DNA of 64,000 bases from assembly GCA_964525605.1 (NCBI GenBank), contig CAZGKT010000001.1, positions 133,153 to 197,152 on the forward strand. Reading direction: 5' to 3'. A model generated the notes under the pieces. The model worked only from the letters and a program-made list of their open reading frames with translations, was not told where the DNA came from and made no database searches. This document shows positions 42,142-51,593 of the stretch, one piece after another. The position numbers were made by a program, and so were the translations under genes. The DNA is from an uncultured bacterium. GTDB taxonomy: Bacteria > Oederibacteriota > Muellerivitia > Muellerivitales > Muellerivitaceae. The stretch's first letter is position 1, and each line of letters starts with the position of its first letter.

Positions 42142-43100
42142 CGAACTTTCCTCCCATCGTTATTTACGGTTAACAAAGGCTTTTGGGCAAAGCAATCGAG
42201 GTTTGATTTTGAACAACGAGTGGCAAAACTACATCCAGAAGCAACATCATTTGGCGTTTTATCCCTTCCGTTATTCACGTTTAAATTGTCTGTTTTCTTA
42301 TTCTTTTTTAAAAGAGACACAATCAAAGTTTCTGTATATGGGTGCAGGGGATTTGTCAGAACATCTAAAGTCTTTCCTTCCTCTACCACTTGACCCGCAT
42401 AAATCACTGCCACCCTGTCACAAAAACCTTCCACTAATCGGAGATTATGCGTGATAAATAATAAGGAGAATTTTCGGGTCTTTATTTCTTTTTTGAGCAA
42501 TTGAAGAATTTGGCTTTGAACCGTTACATCCAGGGAAGTGGTGGGCTCATCTGCGATCAAAAGCCCCGGGGAAGCGGCTAAAGCCATGGCGATTCCAACT
42601 CGTTGACACATACCGCCGGAAAGTTGATGGGGATATTGACGGTAAATTCGATCAGGATCAGGAAGCCCCATTTCATAAAAAAGACGAATAACTTCAGTCG
42701 TAGCCATTGGCGCATTATTAATCGGGCCACATTCACTGTTCAAAGCCTCACGGACTTGTTCTCCAACCGTGATGAGAGGATTTAACGCTGATAACGGATC
42801 CTGAAATATGATAGAAATTTTTTTGCCGCGTATATCAGGCCAAATTTTTTCGTCTGCCTTCGTTAAATCCCTCCCCTCAAAACATATGGAGCCTTCAGTT
42901 ATTTTCATTTTTGCAGTGGGAAGCAAGTTAACAATCGCCAATGCAGAAATGGTCTTGCCGCATCCCGACTCGCCTACCAAAGCAAGTTTTTGACCAGAAT
43001 AGAGGTCAATATCAAACCCGTTTAAAATTTGTCTTTGGAAATTTCCATCAGCATCAAAAAGACCGATTTTTAAATTTTTAATTTCTAAAACGGGTACCAA
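42123..43100 (-). CDS. ABC transporter ATP-binding protein, oligopeptide/dipeptide (OppD/DppD-like) type
   Basis: 325 aa: Walker A 'GESGCGKTIS', signature 'LSGGMCQRVGIAMAL', Walker B 'LLIADEPTTSLD'. 19-nt overlap with the downstream ATPase gene. Confidence 0.8.
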   Translation of the reverse strand: MVPVLEIKNLKIGLFDADGNFQRQILNGFDIDLYSGQKLALVGESGCGKTISALAIVNLLPTAKMKITEGSICFEGRDLTKADEKIWPDIRGKKISIIFQDPLSALNPLITVGEQVREALNSECGPINNAPMATTEVIRLFYEMGLPDPDRIYRQYPHQLSGGMCQRVGIAMALAASPGLLIADEPTTSLDVTVQSQILQLLKKEIKTRKFSLLFITHNLRLVEGFCDRVAVIYAGQVVEEGKTLDVLTNPLHPYTETLIVSLLKKNKKTDNLNVNNGRDKTPNDVASGCSFATRCSKSNLDCFAQKPLLTVNNDGRKVRCFYPL

Positions 43101-43126
43101 TGCTGTCCTTGTGTTTTATGTTTGGG

Positions 43127-43945
43127 TTAGAAGTCTTCCATGTTACCGAAGCGAACATCCAAACTTGGGAAATCAACCACAGCATAATTCCCTTGAAATA
43201 GGGGGCCAGGGTTCACCACCGTGGTTTTGCCCATTTTCACCAAACCTTGCCCCAATTTTGCGCGGCCACAAATGACAAGAGTAGGTGAAACCCTTTCAAT
43301 AATTTCATTGATTAACAAAACTCCACAATGTTCACCGTCAGACATATCCAAACGACAGACAGGCGGGGAATGGAACAGCAAAATCTTATCCCCTGGGAAA
43401 TACTCCAAACGCCTAAGCGAAAATTCAGCCCATGAGGTTGAATATTGAAGGATCAATTCCCTTTGATCTTCGCTCAATGTTATTTCACCTCCGAAACCCG
43501 CCACCGAAAAAGCTTCCTCATGGTGAAGCATTTCATGCGTTGGCTGTAAATTGGGGTAGATGCTCGAAAGATTGTAAATGGTTTTGAAATAATGGGCCTC
43601 GGGCGCATCCTCCAAACCCGGTATCTCATAGATGGTTTTTTGTGTGTCCGCCAGGGCCAATAAAAACTGCTGGAGATGGATGCTGTCCTCGTGAAATTCT
43701 TTTTGTATCACTGGGGAATCAAGGTCGGGTTTGCTGTGAAACTTTCGCGCCGTCTCATATTCTAACAACCTTTTTTCACCACGCATGGATCCGCCACAAT
43801 AGAAAATAAAATCTGGTTCCTCATTCCGCACCAACAAAGGAATGAAGGGCAAATATTTGGTGGCACCTTGATAATCGGAAAGGCAAATAAATTTCAAAGA
43901 AACCCCCGGTTTAGTTTTCGCGGCCCGCACCAATTCTGTCGACAA
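43127..43945 (-). CDS. metallophosphoesterase-fold (calcineurin-like) protein with degenerate metal-binding motifs
   Basis: 272 aa. Motif order 'FICLSD' / 'IFYCGG' / 'LLFHSPP' / 'VICGRAK' mimics the GDxHG / GDxxDRG / GNHE / GHxH blocks, but several metal ligands are substituted. Assignment is tentative. Confidence 0.4.
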   Translation of the reverse strand: MSTELVRAAKTKPGVSLKFICLSDYQGATKYLPFIPLLVRNEEPDFIFYCGGSMRGEKRLLEYETARKFHSKPDLDSPVIQKEFHEDSIHLQQFLLALADTQKTIYEIPGLEDAPEAHYFKTIYNLSSIYPNLQPTHEMLHHEEAFSVAGFGGEITLSEDQRELILQYSTSWAEFSLRRLEYFPGDKILLFHSPPVCRLDMSDGEHCGVLLINEIIERVSPTLVICGRAKLGQGLVKMGKTTVVNPGPLFQGNYAVVDFPSLDVRFGNMEDF

Positions 43946-43950
43946 CTCAT

Positions 43951-45357
43951 ATGACTCATTGCTTCAAGTTTCGAGTTTCATTACAATTCAATATAACATT
44001 TTCCCACCCTCAATGGATGAGAGAAGGCTCAATGAGGAAATTTCAAAATCTATACCTCAAGATGACCGACGGGACTTTAAAACACATCAATCCCCTAACC
44101 GGCACAGAGGTTTGGACAGTTCCCGACCGAGCCCACCGCCCTCTGACCAACCGATCCCTTAGTCCTCCGAAGCTTTTGGAACACCAGGCGAAGGAAAATT
44201 ATTGCGATTTTTGCACTTCGGGATATTTTCGGACCCCTCCCGAAAAGTCCCGGTTGATTCAAAACTGGGACGGCCATTATCAGAAGCTTGATAAGGTCAA
44301 CCCTGACATGATTGACGCCACGAAGTCGGTTTTCCGCCGGGTGGCCAATTTATTTGAGATCGTCACGATCGATTATTGGGTCAAAAACCACGGTTTTAAA
44401 TTATCACTTCCCCAATCCCAATGGATGCAGAATTACCTGGACAATCCGAAGGGCTGGGAACATGTCAGCCAAATCATCTATACGAAGCTTCGTCTGCTGG
44501 GAAAAACTCCGGAAGATATTGAGTCATTGACTTCAAACGATATTCGCAAACTGTCCGAGTCTTTCTTCGGAGGAGCCCATGAATTGATTATCGCGGGTCG
44601 GCATTTCAAACCCGGTGCCACAACGGATCATGAGTATTATTCCTCTGGAGAAATGTCCGATGAAGAACATTATTGGTTCATGCAATTCACGATCGAAGCC
44701 TTGACGGATATTTATCAGCACAATCCCTTCATCCGATATGTGACTATTTTTCAAAACTGGCTTCAACCCGCCGGAGCATCCCTTGATCATCTTCACAAAC
44801 AGCTCGTGGGCCTAGACGAATGGGGGACCTCTATTCAAGCCGAGGTGGAAATCGCCCGGGATCATCCCAACATTTACAATGACGCCATTATTAATTTTTC
44901 CGCCCAAAACCACCTGATTTTCGCTGAGAACGATCATGCGATCGCCCTAGCGGAACTCGGACACCGCTTTCCCACCTTAGCAATCTATTCCAAATCTAAA
45001 AATGCCCGCCCCGAGGAACATACTCCGGAAGAGTTGCGAGGATTTTCCGATCTGGTTCACGCCTGTCACGCCGCCATGGGAAGTCATATTCCCTGTAACG
45101 AGGAATGGTATTATTCTCCCCGGGACGCGGTAAATGTCATGCCTTGGCATATCCTTATCAAGTGGAGGACCGTTAATCAGGCGGGTTTTGAAGGTGGAAC
45201 CAAAATATACATTAACCCGCTCTCCCCAGTCGCAGTGAGGGATATCATTGTTCCAAGACTCTACGAATTACGACACACCGGAAAATTAAAAAATTTGCGG
45301 ATCGCCACCGAATGCGTCCTAACCCCAAATCCGCTTCAATACTGCCAAAACAAGTAA
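43951..45357 (+). CDS. GalT/HIT-like nucleotidyltransferase-superfamily protein (DUF4921/DUF4931-like)
   Basis: 468-aa ORF. The likely real start is Met at 44032 (MRKFQNLYLKM..). N-terminal 'CDFCTSGYF' Cys pair followed by a histidine-triad-like 'SLDHLHKQLVG', reminiscent of the galactose-1-phosphate uridylyltransferase 'HPHGQ' block. Tentative. Confidence 0.45.
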   Translation: MTHCFKFRVSLQFNITFSHPQWMREGSMRKFQNLYLKMTDGTLKHINPLTGTEVWTVPDRAHRPLTNRSLSPPKLLEHQAKENYCDFCTSGYFRTPPEKSRLIQNWDGHYQKLDKVNPDMIDATKSVFRRVANLFEIVTIDYWVKNHGFKLSLPQSQWMQNYLDNPKGWEHVSQIIYTKLRLLGKTPEDIESLTSNDIRKLSESFFGGAHELIIAGRHFKPGATTDHEYYSSGEMSDEEHYWFMQFTIEALTDIYQHNPFIRYVTIFQNWLQPAGASLDHLHKQLVGLDEWGTSIQAEVEIARDHPNIYNDAIINFSAQNHLIFAENDHAIALAELGHRFPTLAIYSKSKNARPEEHTPEELRGFSDLVHACHAAMGSHIPCNEEWYYSPRDAVNVMPWHILIKWRTVNQAGFEGGTKIYINPLSPVAVRDIIVPRLYELRHTGKLKNLRIATECVLTPNPLQYCQNK

Positions 45358-45368
45358 AATCCACACAA

Positions 45369-47648
45369 TCATTCGACTTGTCGGTAATCTTTCAAAGCTC
45401 CTTTGCACAAACTTCCGACGTCAATGGATTTACCATAAACCATTCCTCCATTGCCTGGTGCCATTCTTAAATAACACCCGAGGGCCCGTGCAGCACTTTT
45501 TTTGTCTCCCGCGCTTAAGTCAACGCGTCTTTCAATCTCATACCCCCATCCCCACTCAGGACAACGTTTTAATAATAGTTTAGCTTCTTCTAATCCCTCG
45601 CGAACATTATCTGGATTCGATTCCACCAACCGAATAATTTTTTCCTGCAACCCCGGCAAATCCTTTAACGGGAAGGAATGTGGGGATGGCGTTTCCTCAA
45701 CAAGATACACTGTGCAATTTTCAAGGCAAAGAAGGGGGTTGGCATAGTGCTTCCAAAATTCGATGTATGAAACCTCCGGTATCCCAGTTACCTCAAATCC
45801 CTTCTCCTTCCCCGACATCATGACCGCCTCTTCCCTTTGATACAGGATGTATTTAACACCTTCTTCCTTTAATCGTCTGGCCAATCCCTCTGCCGTCTGA
45901 GCACTTGCCGCCCACTTGAAAAGAATTGGTTCTTTCCAAAAGAAATCAACATACGACATTCGGCACAGGGGATAGGTTTGGAAAACCCCAAAGGCCAAAA
46001 CCTTATCCCGCGGAGAGGAGTTATTTTCTATTTCGCGATAAGCAGCATAGGTATCCAAGTTAAAAGAATAATTTCTTTTAAGGCGAACCAACGAATCTTC
46101 CATTCCGATAGCCGTGGCATAGGGAGCGGTCGTTTGAATTTGCGTGAAAAGAGTTAACACGAACGAAAAAATGATCCCCACGAAAAATATTAATTTCGCC
46201 TTCGATCCCCCGTCCCGAAAGGCCTCGCCCCAAAGAAAAGTGGCCAGAACCAATAATGCCAAGCAACCACCCGATCCATGTCTGAGGTTCGTACAAAGTA
46301 GAGCCCAGATCCCAAAATAAATTAAAGTGAATATGATCAATAGAAAAATTCTTTTTTCTCTAGTTTTAATCCATACCCCCCATGGCAAGGACATAAAAAC
46401 CAATGGCGTCCAGGAAGCCCCCAATCCATTTTCAGGGGTAAAAAAAACAAGCCAAAGCCGCTTTAACGATTCAAAAATATTTTCGCCGAAAATCCTTCCC
46501 GTGTCGGTCCAAAGCGCCATTTCCATAGAGGGATCAAACCCTGGAGGTCCACCGAAAACACCTGTCCCGAGAGGATAAACAGGGTTCCCATTGGCCATTC
46601 CATTTCGTAAATACCAGGGTAATGGGCAAAGAACAAAAACAGCAAATAACACCCAATTCATCTTTGTTTTAAATACTCCCGGCTTTGCAAGCAAAAGCAA
46701 TGCGGTTACCCCCACCATCCCCAACAGCGCCGTGTATTTCGTGGCAATAGCCGCGCCCATAAAAAAGAACCCGTTCAGAAGCCAAACCTTTTGGCGCGGT
46801 TTTTCAATAAATTCCAAAAGCGAGATCAGGGATAAAATCTCAAACAGAGCCAAATGTCCCTCGACATATCCCCATGCAAACAATGCCAAAAAGAAGGGAC
46901 AGGTTAAAAAGATGCAGGGCCCTAGATACGCGGGAAATCCTTTGGAAGCGGGATATACCATTAAAATCCAAACGGTCAATCCTACTGAGATGGCCATGGA
47001 AGCTTTCGCCATAAATTCTCCGCCCATAGCCCAAAATCCGGCCCAAATCATTTCAACGAATTTGGGCATATCCCCTGTGTGATTTGTCCAATGAATGGGG
47101 AGCGAGTGAAGTCTCACCACTTCGCCTGCAAAGCGGAAATGATCCAATACCGCGTCCCAAATTAAAGGGGGTGATAAAAACTCAAACATCCAGACACAAA
47201 GAATGAAAATTCCACCCCCGATCACCCAGGGTTTCAGAACCGGAATTTTAAAATTTTTAACCCGGGATACAAAATCAAATAATCCTCGGGGAACGAAGGG
47301 CAGAAAAAAACAAATAGCTGTCAGGGGAAATAAAAGTCCATTAACCGCCCATCCAAACGAATAACATGAAAACATGCACAGGACCGCGGTATGGGCAAAA
47401 GGATCTCGAAGTTTTGAATCCAAAGAGCCAAGAAAAAGTCTCGAGATTGAAGAGGCCCACCCGCACCAGCCAAGCCAAACCGGGATGGCCATTAAGATCG
47501 CTGTCAGACGAATACGCCAATAGTCCCCCGCGAGGCTCGGATCCCAGGGAGTGTCCAAAAGTATGCGAAACGAGGGATGTAAAAATGAAAATTTTGTTGC
47601 CAAAAGAAAAAGAACGAAAAAGAAGAGTGAAAAAAGCGTTCGGGTCAA
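45369..47648 (-). CDS. large polytopic membrane protein with C-terminal soluble domain (possible GT-C / lipid-linked glycosyl- or aminoarabinosyl-transferase-like)
   Basis: 759 aa, ~14 predicted TM helices over the first ~500 aa, then a ~250-aa soluble domain. No firm motif assignment. Similar overall architecture to the other GT-C-like proteins in the window. Confidence 0.45.
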   Translation of the reverse strand: MTRTLFSLFFFVLFLLATKFSFLHPSFRILLDTPWDPSLAGDYWRIRLTAILMAIPVWLGWCGWASSISRLFLGSLDSKLRDPFAHTAVLCMFSCYSFGWAVNGLLFPLTAICFFLPFVPRGLFDFVSRVKNFKIPVLKPWVIGGGIFILCVWMFEFLSPPLIWDAVLDHFRFAGEVVRLHSLPIHWTNHTGDMPKFVEMIWAGFWAMGGEFMAKASMAISVGLTVWILMVYPASKGFPAYLGPCIFLTCPFFLALFAWGYVEGHLALFEILSLISLLEFIEKPRQKVWLLNGFFFMGAAIATKYTALLGMVGVTALLLLAKPGVFKTKMNWVLFAVFVLCPLPWYLRNGMANGNPVYPLGTGVFGGPPGFDPSMEMALWTDTGRIFGENIFESLKRLWLVFFTPENGLGASWTPLVFMSLPWGVWIKTREKRIFLLIIFTLIYFGIWALLCTNLRHGSGGCLALLVLATFLWGEAFRDGGSKAKLIFFVGIIFSFVLTLFTQIQTTAPYATAIGMEDSLVRLKRNYSFNLDTYAAYREIENNSSPRDKVLAFGVFQTYPLCRMSYVDFFWKEPILFKWAASAQTAEGLARRLKEEGVKYILYQREEAVMMSGKEKGFEVTGIPEVSYIEFWKHYANPLLCLENCTVYLVEETPSPHSFPLKDLPGLQEKIIRLVESNPDNVREGLEEAKLLLKRCPEWGWGYEIERRVDLSAGDKKSAARALGCYLRMAPGNGGMVYGKSIDVGSLCKGALKDYRQVE

Positions 47649-47754
47649 TCCATGGCCTTTAAATCATACTTACCGGTTGGTTTGACAATCAGTGTTCAAA
47701 AAGTATAATACGCTTCCTTTCCATTGGAAGGAATCAGCCTTCACGTTGATTTAA

Positions 47755-47838
47755 GCCCGGGTGGTGAAATGGCAGACACGTACGCTTGAGGTGCGTATGG
47801 GGAAACCCGTGCGGGTTCGAGTCCCGCCTCGGGCACCA
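47755..47838 (+). tRNA. tRNA-Leu (anticodon GAG), class II with long variable arm
   Basis: 'GCCCGGGUGGUGAAAUGGCAGACACGUACGCUUGAGGUGCGUAUGGGGAAACCCGUGCGGGUUCGAGUCCCGCCUCGGGCACCA': 7-bp acceptor stem, anticodon loop cUUGAGg, extended variable stem-loop, CCA encoded. Confidence 0.85.
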
Positions 47839-47855
47839 TTTTGAACAAATTCAAA

Positions 47856-47889
47856 GCCACAAATTCCTTAGGAATTTGTGGCTTTTTTA
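47856..47889 (+). terminator. rho-independent terminator after tRNA-Leu
   Basis: Perfect 27-nt palindrome 'gccacaaattccttaggaatttgtggc' followed by 'ttttttat'. Confidence 0.55.
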
Positions 47890-47943
47890 TAAAGAGAAAT
47901 TGATAGTACCCCGCCAAAGGGCGGGTTCACCATTAAAACAAAA

Positions 47944-47976
47944 AACCGTGAAACCTTATCGGGTTCACGGTTTTTT
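47944..47976. terminator. bidirectional terminator between tRNA-Leu and the convergent 48009 gene
   Basis: 'aaaaaccgtgaaaccttatcgggttcacggtttttt': ~10-bp stem (1 mismatch), with an A-run and a T-run on the flanks. Confidence 0.5.
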
Positions 47977-48008
47977 CACCGAACTTTCAGCCTTATTTTG
48001 AATTTGTC

Positions 48009-49103
48009 CTACTTCATCTTCTCTTTCACCGCCAAAGCGTCCGGGTTATCACTCTGGAAAGTAAAGGCGGTTTTTAAATAAAAAGTCGCGTCCTTTTTTG
48101 ATCCTTTGTCCAGCAGAGCTTGTGCGACTGCCGCATAGTATGTGGCTCTCATGGACGCGAAATCCTTTCCAACGATTCCGCTTTTGTGAACTTCTTGGAA
48201 AAATGCGCTAGCTTCCTGCCCGAGTTGGGCGATTTTATTATCTTGAATCCGGGCCGGTACTATTTCGGTCTTTAGTTTCACAAGAGAAGCCTGAGCGTCC
48301 AAGGGTTCATCCCACCATCCCTTTCCCTTCTTTTTAGGCGCCGCTGCCACTGCAACGGGAGTCGCGGCAGAGACCACCACCGCCGGTGCCGTGACGGGCA
48401 CAGGAGTCGCAATTCGAAGAGAGCTTCCAGCCCAAGTACCCGCGGCCGAAACCACGATTTGATCCACATACAGATCCTGCGTCTCGTCCCAATCAAAAGC
48501 ATGGTCCGCTGTCGCTCGATCCTTGGGGGTTTCCTTCGCGGAACAAAGAATCTCGTTCGGGGTAACCGCCGCAAAAAGCTGGGGCGACATAACTTCTAAT
48601 ACCGGCTTCATTGTACCGGCCAGATAGGTGTAACCCCGAACCACCTGGTTTCCCTTCAAGTCATCCCGTTGATAAATGAGAAAGACGTGCCTTTTTTCAG
48701 TGTCCGTGAAGACCTTGACCCAGAGAATGGGACCGCCGTCATCCGAGAAATTTTTGATGTACTTCTTCTGGGTCGGATCGTAAAAACAAACCGCCAAGGT
48801 CTGGCTGTGGGGTTTGTCTAAATCACCGACCGGAACAGCCTGGCGGTATATCAAAATCAAATCCCTTTGGTTCAAGCCCCTCACATCCTCGAAATCGAAC
48901 AAGCCCTTGCTTTCCAGTTTCCCATCGTCGGAAAGCCATGGAAGATTCTCAAGTAAATGATCCTTGGGTAGAACCGAATCGGTCGGGGAATCCTGAGCCC
49001 AAACCCTGACCGGCAAAGTTGTCCACGCCAAAACTGCCAAAACGATGATTCCCTTTATCCCCTTGCACATAAACCCCTCCGGTATAAATCTGCGATTGGC
49101 CAC
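48009..49103 (-). CDS. secreted hypothetical protein with Pro/Ala/Val-rich linker and Lys-rich patch
   Basis: 364 aa with a signal peptide (GIIVLAVLAWTTLPVRVWAQ). Internal 'PVPVTAPAVVVSAATPVAVAAAPKKKGKGWW' low-complexity linker. C-terminal helical domain. No family recognised. Confidence 0.5.
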   Translation of the reverse strand: MANRRFIPEGFMCKGIKGIIVLAVLAWTTLPVRVWAQDSPTDSVLPKDHLLENLPWLSDDGKLESKGLFDFEDVRGLNQRDLILIYRQAVPVGDLDKPHSQTLAVCFYDPTQKKYIKNFSDDGGPILWVKVFTDTEKRHVFLIYQRDDLKGNQVVRGYTYLAGTMKPVLEVMSPQLFAAVTPNEILCSAKETPKDRATADHAFDWDETQDLYVDQIVVSAAGTWAGSSLRIATPVPVTAPAVVVSAATPVAVAAAPKKKGKGWWDEPLDAQASLVKLKTEIVPARIQDNKIAQLGQEASAFFQEVHKSGIVGKDFASMRATYYAAVAQALLDKGSKKDATFYLKTAFTFQSDNPDALAVKEKMK

Positions 49104-49104
49104 A

Positions 49105-50121
49105 TTATCCCTTTATCCAGCCCTCTTGTTGATAAAAACTTGCCGCATCCCGCACGCCTTTTTCAAGGTTCCATTGTGGCTTGAAACCCAATTGGGCGCG
49201 AATCTTTCCGTTATCACAGGTCCAATGGGTATAAAAAGCCTCTTTTACCTTGTCCACATTCAGCATGGAGGCTTTCCCGCTTATTTTCTCAGCCAATTCT
49301 CCCGCATAAGCGACAATCCGAACCACCCCCATGGGAATCGGGATGGTTCGAAATTTCCGCCTCATCGCCTTGCCGATTTCCCGGGTCAGCTCCTGCCAAC
49401 TGTAGGGTATGCCGTCCGACACGAAATAAACCTGACCTACCGCCTTAGGCGAATGGCCCGCCAATAGAATGGCGTTCACTAGATCTTGCACATGGACGAA
49501 ACTGACTTCCTGCTTTAAGGATGGGAGCAAAACCCAGCCATCCTTCACCATTTTGAAATAGGCGAAAATATCGGTTTCACGCGGCCCATACACAGCGCCT
49601 GGCCGGAGAATCGTCAAGGGAAGTCTTTTTCCGTAAGCCTGGGCTAATTCCTCTCCCTTGAATTTCGTCACACCATAAAGCGAAACAGGCTGACAGGGTA
49701 AATTTTCTTTGAGGGGCTTTCCGTCCCGGCTAGGTCCCGCCGCAGACAAAGAGCTGACATAAACAAGCCTTTTCAGCCCTTTCACTTTCAACGCCGCCTC
49801 GCACACATTCCGTGTTCCCTCGGCGTTGACCTCGTTTAATTTTATAAAGCTAGAACCTCGTAATATTCCCGCCAAATGGTAAATGACCTTAACGCCTTGA
49901 GCGGCCTTCACCACCGAATCGCGATCCGTGACATCCCCATAGCACAATTGAATTTGCGGCCCCACTTTGAAAGGAATTTTGCTTGTCTTGCGAACTAGCA
50001 GGTTTACCTTCACGCCGTTTTGGGCCAGTTTTTCCGCCAAGTGGCTTCCCACAAAGCCGCTTGCGCCGGTCACTAATACTGGGGATGAAAATTTCATGGT
50101 AAGTCCTGGTTTATTAGGCAA
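49105..50121 (-). CDS. NAD(P)-dependent epimerase/dehydratase-family (extended SDR) oxidoreductase; candidate 3-ketosphinganine/ceramide reductase
   Basis: 338 aa: N-terminal 'VLVTGASGFVGSHLAEKL' Rossmann motif and an extended-SDR 'Y..xK'-type catalytic region ('LYGVTKFKGE'). Divergently adjacent to an SPT-like gene. Confidence 0.8.
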   Translation of the reverse strand: MPNKPGLTMKFSSPVLVTGASGFVGSHLAEKLAQNGVKVNLLVRKTSKIPFKVGPQIQLCYGDVTDRDSVVKAAQGVKVIYHLAGILRGSSFIKLNEVNAEGTRNVCEAALKVKGLKRLVYVSSLSAAGPSRDGKPLKENLPCQPVSLYGVTKFKGEELAQAYGKRLPLTILRPGAVYGPRETDIFAYFKMVKDGWVLLPSLKQEVSFVHVQDLVNAILLAGHSPKAVGQVYFVSDGIPYSWQELTREIGKAMRRKFRTIPIPMGVVRIVAYAGELAEKISGKASMLNVDKVKEAFYTHWTCDNGKIRAQLGFKPQWNLEKGVRDAASFYQQEGWIKG

Positions 50122-50296
50122 AAAGTTTGAACTGGCAAGCGGGCATCATTATAATGCCCCCGCTTCTGGCAACAACCTTTCGAACCGTGTTTATACAAAA
50201 TTTGCCCCTCCGATCGGTTTAAGACCCGCTCCCAATGGGTAAGCCGGAAAATTCAAGCTGTATTGATTAAACCAACCCAAATCATGAAGAGGCCCC

Positions 50297-51478
50297 ATGG
50301 ATATTTTTGATAAGGCGAACAATTGGACTGCGGCAGATGACGTGCGGAAGGCCGGCCTTTATCCCTACTTCCGCCCCAACACTTCCAAAATGGGGACTGA
50401 AGTCACCATTGGCGGCAAAAAAATGATCATGGTGGGCTCTAACAATTACCTGGGACTGGTTACCCATCCTGAAGTGCTTGAAGCCATGGTTAATGCCATC
50501 AATAAGTATGGTTCCGCCTGCACCGGCTCCCCTTTCCTGAACGGCACCCTCGATATCCGAGTGGAATTGGAAGAAAAATTGGCCGATTTTGTCCACATGG
50601 AAGAGACCCTTGTCTATTCCACCGGCTTCCTGGCTAACCTGGGAGCGCTCTCCACTATTGCCACCCGGGGCGATTACATCATTTCCGACCGCGATAACCA
50701 CGCCTCCATCGTCGATGGCCAAAAGCTTTCCTACGCCAAGACGGTCAAGTACCTTCATAACGACATGGAAGACCTGGAGCGGGTCCTTTCGAACCATCCG
50801 GATGTCCCCAAACTTATCGTGACCGATGGGGTCTTCTCCATGGGAGGGGATGTTTGCCACCTTCCCAAGATCGTCGAGCTTAAGAAAAAATACAAAGCCC
50901 GGCTGATGGTGGACGAGGCCCATTCCATCGGCGTTCTCGGCCCCCAGGGGGATGGTACCGGCCCCCATTTCGGCGTTCAAAAAGATGTGGATATGGTCAT
51001 GGGTACCTTTTCCAAGTCCCTGGTCTCCATCGGCGGCTTTATCGCCTCTACACACAAGGTCATCGATTATCTGCGCCACAATAGCCGCCCGCTCATCTTC
51101 ACGGCCAGCCTATCCCCCGCCGACACGGCCGCCGTTTTGAAGAGCCTGGAAATCATCAAGCGCGAACCCGACCGCCAGAAACGCCTTTGGGAAATCATCA
51201 AGCGTATGCGCACCGAGTTCAACGCCATGGGTTACAACACCCTCAACACCAATTCCGCCATCATTCCCCTCATGGTGGGAGACAACTTGAAAACCTTCGC
51301 CATGACCAAGGAACTGGGCGAAATGGGGGTCTTCGCCACACCCGTGGTATCGCCCGCCGTGCCGCCAGAACAAACCCTCATCCGCACTTCCTACACCGCC
51401 ACCCACACCGACGCCCAGTTGAGCCATGTATTGGAGGCGTTCCGCACGGTGGGCAAGAAGTATGGGGTTATCCACTAA
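50297..51478 (+). CDS. spt: alpha-oxoamine synthase family PLP enzyme, serine palmitoyltransferase-like
   Basis: 393 aa. PLP-lysine region 'GTFSKSLVSIGGF'. 'MVDEAHSIGVLGPQGDG'. N-terminal 'VGSNNYLGL' and C-terminal 'IRTSYTATHTDAQLSHVLEAFRTVGKKYGVIH'. These track the Sphingomonas SPT blocks 'LGTYNYMGM', 'LVDEAHSMGFFGPNGRG', 'GTFSKSVGTVGGF', '..CSICAEHTPAQIQTVLGMFQAAGRAVGVIG' more closely than BioF/Kbl. Confidence 0.75.
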   Translation: MDIFDKANNWTAADDVRKAGLYPYFRPNTSKMGTEVTIGGKKMIMVGSNNYLGLVTHPEVLEAMVNAINKYGSACTGSPFLNGTLDIRVELEEKLADFVHMEETLVYSTGFLANLGALSTIATRGDYIISDRDNHASIVDGQKLSYAKTVKYLHNDMEDLERVLSNHPDVPKLIVTDGVFSMGGDVCHLPKIVELKKKYKARLMVDEAHSIGVLGPQGDGTGPHFGVQKDVDMVMGTFSKSLVSIGGFIASTHKVIDYLRHNSRPLIFTASLSPADTAAVLKSLEIIKREPDRQKRLWEIIKRMRTEFNAMGYNTLNTNSAIIPLMVGDNLKTFAMTKELGEMGVFATPVVSPAVPPEQTLIRTSYTATHTDAQLSHVLEAFRTVGKKYGVIH

Positions 51479-51593
51479 CCAGGTTGCGGGAAGGTAAACT
51501 TGCCTTCCCTGCTCCCTTAAAAAATTGTCCCCGAAGTCAAATTTCTATAGAATCTTGTCCTGTCTATTTAATTTTTTATAGCGAGGGAAAAAC

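Noticed and set aside
50282-51079. 265-aa ORF antisense to the SPT-like gene
   Set aside because: Fully embedded antisense in a gene with strong conserved motifs. Gly/Asp-rich composition typical of antisense frames.
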